Shown piece after piece: positions 56,650-64,000 of a DNA stretch of 64,000 bases. Source of the DNA: an uncultured Acidobacteriaceae bacterium. Its GTDB lineage: Bacteria; Acidobacteriota; Terriglobia; Terriglobales; Acidobacteriaceae. Made by a program: the position numbers and the translations under genes. The notes beneath the pieces were generated by a model. It saw nothing but the letters and a program-made list of their open reading frames with translations, did no database searches and had not been told where the DNA came from. The stretch lies in assembly GCA_963840985.1 (NCBI GenBank), contig CAWJDN010000001.1, positions 272 to 64,271 on the forward strand. Reading direction: 5' to 3'. How positions within the stretch are numbered: position 1 is the first letter of the stretch; every line of letters starts with the position of its first letter.

Positions 56650-57735
56650 TCAGGCGCGCACAGGTTCCAGTTTACCCAAGCTGGCCAGCAGTTCGGCGTT
56701 GAGAATGGTTGCTCCGGCGGCTCCGCGAATGGTGTTGTGCGAGAGCACGGTGAATTTCCAGTCGAGCACGCCGCAGGGGCGCAGGCGGCCCACGGTCACG
56801 GCCATGCCGTTTCCTCGATTGCGGTCCAGGCGCGGCTGGGGACGATCCTGCTGTGGCGCCCACTCGATGGGCTGCTCGGGAGCGGTGGGCAGCTTCTGCC
56901 CGGCGAGCGGACGAAACTCCGCCCACGCGGCCAGAATCTGATCGCGCGTAGCCGGTTTCGTCAGCTTGATGGAGACGCTGACGGTGTGACCGTCGACGAC
57001 CGGGACGCGATTGCAACTGGCGCTCATGCGCGCCGAGAGCGGTTTGACCACATGACCATCGAGTGAGCCCAGCAGCTTGAGCATCTCTTCTTCCATCTTC
57101 TCTTCTTCATTGGGGATGTAGGGGACGACGTTGTCGAGAATGTCCATCGACGCCACGCCGGGATAACCCGCGCCGCTGACAGCCTGCATGGATGTGGCGA
57201 TGATCTGCTCGATTCCGAAGCGGTCGACGAGAGGCTTGAGAGCCAGCACCGGGCCCATCACCGTGCAGTTGGAGTTGGTGACAATGTAGCCGCCCGACTC
57301 CTTGCGCCAGGATTGCTCCTCGATCAGATGCAGGTGATCGGCGTTGACCTCAGGCAGCACCAGAGGCACGTTGGGAGCCATGCGGAATGCGCTGGAGTTG
57401 GAGATGACGGCGCAGCCGGCGGCGGCAAACTTGGGCTCCAGCTCGCGGGCGATGGGCGCATCGATGGAAGAAAAGATGATCTTGGGCGCGGGCTGCATTT
57501 CCCGTAGGCCGCGGCCGCGCGGCTCTGCCGGCGAGACGGTCATTTTGGCGATGCGCTCGGGCAGAGGGGTGTCCAGACGCCACTTGGCGGCCTCGCCGTA
57601 AGCCTTACCAGAAGACCGGTCACTGGCCGCCAGCCACGTGATCTGGAACCAGGGGTGGCGCTCCAGGAGTTGAATATAGCGTTGGCCCACCATTCCGGTA
57701 GCGCCCAGGATGCCGATTGGATATGTGTTTTTCAT
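56650..57735 (-). CDS. asd: Aspartate-semialdehyde dehydrogenase
   Basis: Motifs GATGMVG, NSNCT, QAVSGAG, HNTIRGAAG. Confidence 0.96.
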   Translation of the reverse strand: MKNTYPIGILGATGMVGQRYIQLLERHPWFQITWLAASDRSSGKAYGEAAKWRLDTPLPERIAKMTVSPAEPRGRGLREMQPAPKIIFSSIDAPIARELEPKFAAAGCAVISNSSAFRMAPNVPLVLPEVNADHLHLIEEQSWRKESGGYIVTNSNCTVMGPVLALKPLVDRFGIEQIIATSMQAVSGAGYPGVASMDILDNVVPYIPNEEEKMEEEMLKLLGSLDGHVVKPLSARMSASCNRVPVVDGHTVSVSIKLTKPATRDQILAAWAEFRPLAGQKLPTAPEQPIEWAPQQDRPQPRLDRNRGNGMAVTVGRLRPCGVLDWKFTVLSHNTIRGAAGATILNAELLASLGKLEPVRA

Positions 57736-57875
57736 GACCTTGAACACTCAGTGTACAGGAGTATAGGAATAATTTGAACGGTTTATAGAGAGGCGGGTAT
57801 GGTCAGCGTGTTGCGCCAGGTGGAGGAGGCGGGGGTTTCAACCCCGGCAAAAAACCTGATTACTGACCACGGTCC

Positions 57876-58352
57876 CTATTTCTTGACCTTGCCCGCCCCG
57901 CGGCTGGCGAGCAGCCCTTCCAGCTCTTCCTTGAATTCGCGCACGTCCTTGAAGTCGCGGTAGACAGAGGCGAAGCGAATGTAGGCAACCGTGTCCAGCT
58001 CCTTGAGGCGCTCCATGATCAGCTCGCCGATTTCGGCGGTGGTGCGCTCGCGCTCCGGGGCGTCGGCCAGATAGGCCTCGGCGGTGTTCACGATGGCCTC
58101 CAGGCTGCTCGCCGCCACGGGCCGCTTTTCGCAGGCGCGCAACAGACCGCTCAGAATCTTCTGCCGGTCGAAGCGCTCGCGCCGGCCGTCCTTTTTGATC
58201 ATCATGTAGGGAATTTCGTCGATTCGCTCGTAGGTGGTGAAGCGGCGATTGCACTTCTCGCACTCCCGCCTCCGCCTGATGGAGTCGGCCTCCTTGCTCT
58301 CCCGCGAGTCCACCACCCGGTCCTGCCCGAAGCCGCAATAAGGACACTTCAT
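57876..58352 (-). CDS. nrdR: Transcriptional repressor NrdR
   Basis: Motifs MKCPYC, IRRRREC..C..RFTTYE, an ATP-cone, AYIRFASVY. Confidence 0.97.
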   Translation of the reverse strand: MKCPYCGFGQDRVVDSRESKEADSIRRRRECEKCNRRFTTYERIDEIPYMMIKKDGRRERFDRQKILSGLLRACEKRPVAASSLEAIVNTAEAYLADAPERERTTAEIGELIMERLKELDTVAYIRFASVYRDFKDVREFKEELEGLLASRGAGKVKK

Positions 58353-58400
58353 ACAAGGCGATTCTACGGCATGGAAGAGGCTGGGAACAGGGAATTGCCG

Positions 58401-59273
58401 CTAATCAAAGACCACAGTCTTGTTGCCATAGCAGAGAATACGCCGGTCGAGGTGCCAGCGGACGGCGCGCGACAGGACCATGCGCTCCAGGTCGCGGCCC
58501 CGCGCCACCAGGTCTTCCACCTGGTCGCGGTGCGATACACGGGCCACGTCCTGCTCGATGATGGGCCCGTCGTCCAGCACCTCGGTGACATAGTGGCTGG
58601 TGGCCCCGATCAGCTTGACCCCGCGGGCATGGGCGGCGTGGTAGGGCTTGGCCCCTGTGAAGGCGGGCAGAAACGAGTGGTGCACGTTGATGATGGCGGA
58701 GGGATAGCGGGCGATGAAGGCGGGTGAAATAATCTGCATGTAACGGGCAAGAACGACCAGTTCAATTTCATGTTGAGAGAGCAGTTCGAGCTGACGCCGT
58801 TCGGTTGCGTCTCGCGTGGTCGGGGTGACTTCGACGTGCTCGAAGGGGACACCGTAAAAGGCGGCCAGGCTTTCCACCTCGCGGTGGTTGGAGACGATCA
58901 GCGGAATCTCGCACTCCAGCTCCCCCGCCCGCCAGCGATAGAGTAGATCGGCCATGCAGTGCAGGTACTGGGAGCAAAACAGAGCCACGCGCGGCAGGCG
59001 GTCACTGGAGGTCAACTGCCAGCGCATTTTGAGCTCGGTGGCCAGCGGTGCGAACTCCGCCTCGAAGGCCTTCAGGTCAAAACTGTGCGAGGAGGAAGGG
59101 CTGCCGCCTGCTAGGCCCCACTCCACGCGCATGAAGAAGAGGCCCAGCTCATGGTCCTGGTGCTGGTCGGCGTGCAGGATGTTGGCCCCGTGCCGGTAGA
59201 GCAGCGAGGAGACGCGCGCAACAAGGCCTTTCTGGTCCGGGCAGTCAATCAGCAGTACGGCAGAGTCTTTCAT
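58401..59273 (-). CDS. purU: Formyltetrahydrofolate deformylase
   Basis: Motifs CPDQKGLVA, VLARYMQI, INVHHSFLP, GATSHYVT..LDDGPII. Confidence 0.97.
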   Translation of the reverse strand: MKDSAVLLIDCPDQKGLVARVSSLLYRHGANILHADQHQDHELGLFFMRVEWGLAGGSPSSSHSFDLKAFEAEFAPLATELKMRWQLTSSDRLPRVALFCSQYLHCMADLLYRWRAGELECEIPLIVSNHREVESLAAFYGVPFEHVEVTPTTRDATERRQLELLSQHEIELVVLARYMQIISPAFIARYPSAIINVHHSFLPAFTGAKPYHAAHARGVKLIGATSHYVTEVLDDGPIIEQDVARVSHRDQVEDLVARGRDLERMVLSRAVRWHLDRRILCYGNKTVVFD

Positions 59274-59296
59274 GCTGCTTTCAGCTTAAACCAGGA

Positions 59297-59428
59297 CTGG
59301 ACGGCTAGTCTCACAGCAAGTGCCATGAACCCCACGGCACGCAAGCGCCGTCTGCCTGGACGGCTAGTCTCACAGCAAGTGCCATGACCCCCATGGCGCG
59401 CAAGCGCCGTCTGCCTGGACGGCCAGTC
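59297..59428. repeat. 59-bp tandem repeat, 2.2 copies, in the purU leader
   Basis: 59297-59355 and 59356-59414 are 56/59 identical. Partial third copy at 59415-59428. Confidence 0.92.
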
Positions 59429-59429
59429 C

Positions 59430-59945
59430 TCAGGCGGCGGTGTTGGCGCGGACCTGCTGCGGAGCGTTCAGTTGCTGGCGGAGGCTACCGGCCAGATCAG
59501 CAACCACGCGCATTCTTTCAGCGGAGGGAACGGAGATATCGCTGCCGGTCAGAGCCAGCTGGGAGTGGAGTAAGAGGCCAGCGACCGTGGACTTCAGCTC
59601 GGATTCGATGGCTGCGGTGGCGGCGCGGCGGGCCAGCGTCTGCTCGCGCTCGCGGCGATGCAAGGCGGAGCGAATCTCGCGGATCAGCCGCGCGGCGCCG
59701 GAGAGGGCGAAGTTGATTTGCAGGGGGATGGCCAGCCCGGCATGTTCCCAGATGGCTTCAGCCGAGGCCGGATCGCACTCCGCCATGGTCTCGTCGACGG
59801 CCACGGCGGCAAACTCGCGGCGGCGCATCGCGGCCAGTGCGGCCTTGCGCCCGTCGGCTACTTCAACTTCCATGCCCAGTTGCGCGGCAACCACGGCGGC
59901 ACAATTGTGGGCGCCTTCAATTCCGGTCACGATTAGAATGCTCAT
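59430..59945 (-). CDS. Hypothetical protein: degenerate receiver-like domain plus HisKA-like helix
   Basis: ILIVTG...AALAAMRRREFAAVAVDE. C-terminal ESELKSTVAGLLLHSQLAL. GAGGAG RBS. Confidence 0.75.
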   Translation of the reverse strand: MSILIVTGIEGAHNCAAVVAAQLGMEVEVADGRKAALAAMRRREFAAVAVDETMAECDPASAEAIWEHAGLAIPLQINFALSGAARLIREIRSALHRREREQTLARRAATAAIESELKSTVAGLLLHSQLALTGSDISVPSAERMRVVADLAGSLRQQLNAPQQVRANTAA

Positions 59946-60068
59946 ATTAAGCTCCTCTTAGACTCTGCCGGCTTACCCGGCCACTCTTTGGCCGGAGCCT
60001 TTTGTGTTTCGCGCGGGGCAAATTCCCTCTGCTTCCGTCCGGCTCCGCCTGCTTCCATCTGCTGAAAA

Positions 60069-60194
60069 GTGAAATTTCCCATCTGAAGCCTGTGAAGTTA
60101 CCGCATGTGGCCGGTTAAGTTACCGCCTGGGACCGGTGAAGTTTTCCGCCTTGGCTTGTGAAGATTCCCGCCTGAGGATGAGTGAAGTTCCGTA
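60069..60194. repeat. Array of six phased repeats GTGAAGTTWCCGC, ~22-bp period
   Basis: Units start at 60069, 60092, 60114, 60136, 60158 and 60182. Confidence 0.8.
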
Positions 60195-60238
60195 TCAGTC
60201 CTATCGGCGCAATCTGTCCCGGCTTGAGTCAGTGGCGT

Positions 60239-61669
60239 CTACTCTTCCCGAAGCGGGTCGGCGATGCCGTACTCCTTCAGCTTGCGGTAGAGGGTGGTTT
60301 TGCCGATGCCCAAGAGCTTGGCGGCCTGCAACTTATCGCCGTTGAGTGCGCGGATGGCTCCCAGGATGGCCTGGCGTTCCATGTCGGCCAGGGTGGCCAA
60401 CTGCGGCTGGCCTCCCTCGGCCTCCGGCTCACCGGTCATGGCGGCCGAGCGTCGCGCCTCAAGACCTTGTTGCTGAAGCTGCGTAGGCAGATCGCCGAGG
60501 TGCAGGATAGGCCCGGAGGAAAGCGCGCAGGCCCGCTCGATGGAATTTTCGAGCTCCCGCACGTTGCCCGGCCAATCGTGGCGCATCATGGTGCGCAGGG
60601 CCTCGTCGCTCAAGGTGAACTTGGAGCCGTGCTCGCGGCTGATGCGGTCAAGAAAATGCGCCGCCAGCAGAGGTATGTCCTCGCGGCGGTCGCGCAGCGG
60701 GGGCAGGCGCAGGTTGACTACGTTCAGTCGGTAGAAGAGGTCCTTGCGGAAGGCGCCTTTTTCCACCATCACCGCCAGATCGCGGTTGGTGGCGGCCACG
60801 ATGCGCGCCTTGATGGGGACGCGATGGGTGGCCCCGACCGGGCGGACCTCCTTTTCCTGCAAAGCGCGCAGCAACTTGGCCTGCAGGTCGAGCGAGAGCT
60901 CGCCAATCTCGTCCAGAAAAACCGTGCCCCCCTCGGCCGAGACCAGCAGGCCGTCTTTGTTGCGGTTGGCCCCGGTAAAGGCTCCCTTCACGTAGCCGAA
61001 GAGTTCGCTCTCGATCAGGGTGGGAACCAGCGAGCCGCAATCCACCGGCAAAAACGGCTTTTGAGAATTAGGCCCGTAGGCGTGGATGGTGCGCGCCACC
61101 AGCTCCTTGCCGGTGCCGCTTTCGCCCAGAATCAGCACGGGGTGGGAGCTTTGGGCGACCTTGGAGAGGATGCGATAGAGCTTTTCCATCTCCCCGGAGC
61201 GGCCGATCATGGCCCCCAGCCCCTGCGAGAGCCTGAGCCGCTCGCGCAACTGGCGGGTGGCGGTGTCGGTGACCAGCGATGCCGCGGCGCGGTCCAGAAC
61301 CGTGGACAATTCGTCCATGGCGAAGGGCTTGGCCAGGTAATCCGAGGCTCCGCAGCGCATGGCCTCAACGGCGGCGTTGACCGACCCGGAGGCGGTCATG
61401 GCGATGACCGCAGTCTGCGGGTAGAGGAGCTTGACCTCGCTGACCAGTTCAAGACCCTGGTTGGAGCCCGCCGGCAGGTTGACCAGCAGGATATCGGCGG
61501 GGCTGCCGCGCAGCATACTGCGCGCCTGCCCCTGGTCGCCGGTGCTCTCCACTTCATAGCCAAGGCTACTGGCAATCTCGGCGCAGGCCGAGCGCATCGC
61601 CGGGTCTGCATCGACCACCAGCAGGTGCAAGCGCACCGGCGGCTCCGCGATTTGGGGGATAAACTCCAT
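60239..61669 (-). CDS. Sigma54-dependent NtrC-family activator with atypical receiver
   Basis: Motifs GESGTGKE, GAFTGA, FLDEIGE, WPGNVREL and a Fis HTH. The phospho-acceptor position reads ILLVNLP. Confidence 0.93.
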   Translation of the reverse strand: MEFIPQIAEPPVRLHLLVVDADPAMRSACAEIASSLGYEVESTGDQGQARSMLRGSPADILLVNLPAGSNQGLELVSEVKLLYPQTAVIAMTASGSVNAAVEAMRCGASDYLAKPFAMDELSTVLDRAAASLVTDTATRQLRERLRLSQGLGAMIGRSGEMEKLYRILSKVAQSSHPVLILGESGTGKELVARTIHAYGPNSQKPFLPVDCGSLVPTLIESELFGYVKGAFTGANRNKDGLLVSAEGGTVFLDEIGELSLDLQAKLLRALQEKEVRPVGATHRVPIKARIVAATNRDLAVMVEKGAFRKDLFYRLNVVNLRLPPLRDRREDIPLLAAHFLDRISREHGSKFTLSDEALRTMMRHDWPGNVRELENSIERACALSSGPILHLGDLPTQLQQQGLEARRSAAMTGEPEAEGGQPQLATLADMERQAILGAIRALNGDKLQAAKLLGIGKTTLYRKLKEYGIADPLREE

Positions 61670-61778
61670 GGTTCTGGCAGTTACAACTGTCTCGAGCATT
61701 GTATTCGCCTCACGCTCAATTGGTTAACTGGTTTTTTTGTGGCCGCCACGCCGGAGGTATCTTTTTGCTCCATGCGCT

Positions 61779-61944
61779 GCGGTTCTTCGTCAACGTCTCG
61801 GCCGGATTTCTTTCCAATCGCTACCGGCTTTCCGTCCACCTTCCGCCCGGTTATCTATTCGCCAGCCACCGGTTTTCTGTCATCACACCGCCGTGTTTCG
61901 GAGTACTTGTCGCCGGATTTCTGTTTTCGTGCCCCCGGTTTTAT
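61779..61944. repeat. Array of eight phased repeats CCGGWTTTCT, ~22-bp period
   Basis: Units start at 61779, 61802, 61824, 61847, 61869, 61891, 61913 and 61935. Confidence 0.8.
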
Positions 61945-61978
61945 CACCCTGCCGGAGGTCTTGCCCACCTGCCGGAGG

Positions 61979-62971
61979 TCAGCGGGAGCTAACGGGCAAC
62001 TCAATCTTGAAGCAGGCCCCGGCCGGGTAGTGGTTGAGAGCATGGGTGCGGTTGGAGGCATGAATACTGCCTCCGGCGGCCTCGATGATGGAGCGGGTAA
62101 TGGACAGCCCCAGCCCGCGGTGGGAGGCCGGCCAGTTGCCGGGGCTGCTTGAAGCCAAAGCGCCCGAAACGGATGCGCCGTGACCGGATACGAAACTGGG
62201 GCGGGTGGTGAAGCCGGGGTCGAAGATCTTGTCCAACGCCTCGACGGGGAGGCCGGGTCCGCTGTCTTTTACGGTCAGCACCAGCAGGGGAGTTTGTTTC
62301 GCTTCGGCATGAAACTCATGCAGGCTAATGGCGATACTCCCCGAAGCGGGCATGGCCTCGGCAGCGTTCTTGACCAGGTTGACCAGAATCCGGGTCAGCT
62401 CCTCGCCGGTCAGCCGCACCGGCAGCGCGCTTCCCTCCACGTCCACTGTCAGGGCGATGGAGGGCCCGGCCAGGGCGGAGAGCAGATTGCGGTTGGCCAC
62501 CAGTTCCGCGGCCAGGTTGTCGATGGGCTGGGAGGGCATCAGATCCCAGTGACGCGCCCGCTCCAGCCCTCCGGCGCCGGTGACGCTGAAGTGGCCGGCA
62601 TCCGGGGCCATGCGGGCATCAAGGCGGGTATCGAGCGCCAGCATCTTCTCCACTAGGCGGCGGCTGGCCGTGGCCACCAGACGCAATTCGCCGGCGTAGT
62701 GATGGAAGCCAGTGGTGAGCACCCCCGGCTCCTCCAGCAGGTCGCAGTAGAGTCCCAACGCGGCGACCATATTGCGTGTGTCGTGGGCCACCTCGGCCAT
62801 GCTCTCGCCCTTGCCGCGCAAGTTGGCCAGGGTCTCGACCACCGCCACTACCCGCTTGCGATTGGCTACGGAGGATATGGCCACTTGCGCATCCACCAGA
62901 TCGGTTGCTGACAATCCGGAGGCCGCCAATCCTGCTAGTTTCAATTCCACTGCCTGTACTGTCTTACGCAT
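61979..62971 (-). CDS. Cytoplasmic histidine kinase lacking an obvious sensor domain
   Basis: H-box AEVAHDTRN, N-box NLVKNAAEAM, DSGPG, FDPGFTT, GLGLSI. Confidence 0.88.
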   Translation of the reverse strand: MRKTVQAVELKLAGLAASGLSATDLVDAQVAISSVANRKRVVAVVETLANLRGKGESMAEVAHDTRNMVAALGLYCDLLEEPGVLTTGFHHYAGELRLVATASRRLVEKMLALDTRLDARMAPDAGHFSVTGAGGLERARHWDLMPSQPIDNLAAELVANRNLLSALAGPSIALTVDVEGSALPVRLTGEELTRILVNLVKNAAEAMPASGSIAISLHEFHAEAKQTPLLVLTVKDSGPGLPVEALDKIFDPGFTTRPSFVSGHGASVSGALASSSPGNWPASHRGLGLSITRSIIEAAGGSIHASNRTHALNHYPAGACFKIELPVSSR

Positions 62972-63308
62972 CACCTGCTCCTTCGTCTTCCCATTCCTGC
63001 TTTCCAGGATTGGAAACTGCCCTGTTCTAATACACGTTGCGTACCAAACCAGAACACTCAGATTAAGTTCCTGATAAGGGAAGGGGTTAGCCTCCAATTC
63101 CCGTAAATTCAATCGCCGTCAGAAGAGGCGCAATCTCCCAAAATGGGACAAGAAGGCTCAGTGTTCTCAGGGCAAGTTTTTTGATTTCAGCGGGTTACGA
63201 GGCTATTCCTCTTCCTGGCCGGGAAATCGGCCGTTTCCCATCCCGGAACAGCAGGCTCCAGAACGGCTACCAGCCTCGCCAGCAAGTCCTTTCCCGTACA
63301 ATCTCTGC

Positions 63309-64000
63309 ATGCAAAGCACCTACTCAACCCTTCGTCCCGGCGGCCGCAGCCCGCTTGAACTTCGACCCCTTACCCTCACGCCGGGCTATGTACAGACCGC
63401 CGAGGGTTCCGTTCTGGTCTCGTTGGGCAATACGCGGGTGCTGACCAATGCCACCGTCGAGCAAGGCGTCCCCGGCTGGCTGCGCAACACCGGCCGCGGC
63501 TGGGTGACGGCGGAGTACGCTATGCTGCCGCGCTCCACCGTGACCCGGACTCCTCGGGAGAGCGAGCGGGGCAAGATCGGTGGCCGGACCCACGAGATTC
63601 AGCGGCTCATTGGCCGCAGCCTGCGCTCGGTGGTGGATATGAAGGCTCTGGGCGAGCGGACGGTGATCTTGGACTGCGACGTGATTCAGGCCGACGGCGG
63701 CACGCGCACGGCGGCCATCACCGGAGCGGCGGTGGCGCTTGGCCTCGCGCTCAACGCATTGGTCAAGGCGGGAACGCTCAAAGTTTCGCCGCTGCAACAA
63801 CTGGTCGCCGCTACCTCGGTTGGCCTGGTAGGCGGCACGGCGCTGTTGGACCTCTGCTACGAAGAGGATTCGCAGGCCGAGGTGGACATGAACGTGGTGA
63901 TGCGCGCCGACGGCGGCCTCGTTGAGACCCAGGCCACGGCGGAAAAGGGCAGCTTCACCCGCGCGCAACTCAACGGCCTCATCGATTTGGCCGAGGCGGG
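63309..64000 (+). CDS. rph: Ribonuclease PH (runs off the window end)
   Basis: Manual translation gives [52 protein letters not shown]. Confidence 0.96.
   Translation, partial: MQSTYSTLRPGGRSPLELRPLTLTPGYVQTAEGSVLVSLGNTRVLTNATVEQGVPGWLRNTGRGWVTAEYAMLPRSTVTRTPRESERGKIGGRTHEIQRLIGRSLRSVVDMKALGERTVILDCDVIQADGGTRTAAITGAAVALGLALNALVKAGTLKVSPLQQLVAATSVGLVGGTALLDLCYEEDSQAEVDMNVVMRADGGLVETQATAEKGSFTRAQLNGLIDLAEA

Noticed and set aside
57831-57855. Hairpin after nrdR as an intrinsic terminator
   Set aside because: No U-tract follows the stem on the transcribed strand, so it was left uncalled.
59297-59428. CRISPR array or ZTP riboswitch
   Set aside because: There are no unique spacers or cas genes. 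The ZTP-like fragments (GACTGGC and GCCGTCTGCCTGG) lie on opposite strands and lack the full architecture.
60182-62152. 656-aa plus-strand ORF
   Set aside because: It is the typical antisense shadow of a sigma54 activator gene. It crosses the 22-bp array without any peptide periodicity.

Overview
This is GC-rich bacterial DNA from Acidobacteriota, about 60 CDS, with no rRNA, tRNA or CRISPR array seen. The left ~51 kb looks Bryobacteraceae/Solibacter-like. It holds a near-complete IS110 element, tandem Acidobacterial VWA genes, an atypical Amt, ugd, a GGDEF/EAL protein, recA, HU, tatA, hrpB, an S53 peptidase, a NarL-type two-component pair, pal, a ClC-CBS-TPR fusion, vapBC and a small catabolic cluster. 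After a truncated grpB at ~51.2 kb the sequence looks Acidobacteriaceae-like. That part holds a CPBP protease, a REP-bracketed AT-rich HEPN-motif gene, mazEF, lysC, asd, nrdR, purU, an atypical kinase/sigma54-activator module and rph. The best leads are: (1) a DedA-rhodanese gene with an in-frame UGA in a CxU motif plus a SECIS-like hairpin, a probable selenoprotein; (2) two non-coding 22-bp-phased repeat arrays flanking a sigma54 activator with a pseudo-receiver domain; (3) a putative defence gene enclosed by inverted REP-like hairpins; (4) a candidate IS110 bridge RNA; (5) a tandem 59-bp structured repeat filling the purU leader. At least eight single-base frameshifts suggest long-read indel errors. 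All family assignments come from motif recognition by eye, not from database searches.
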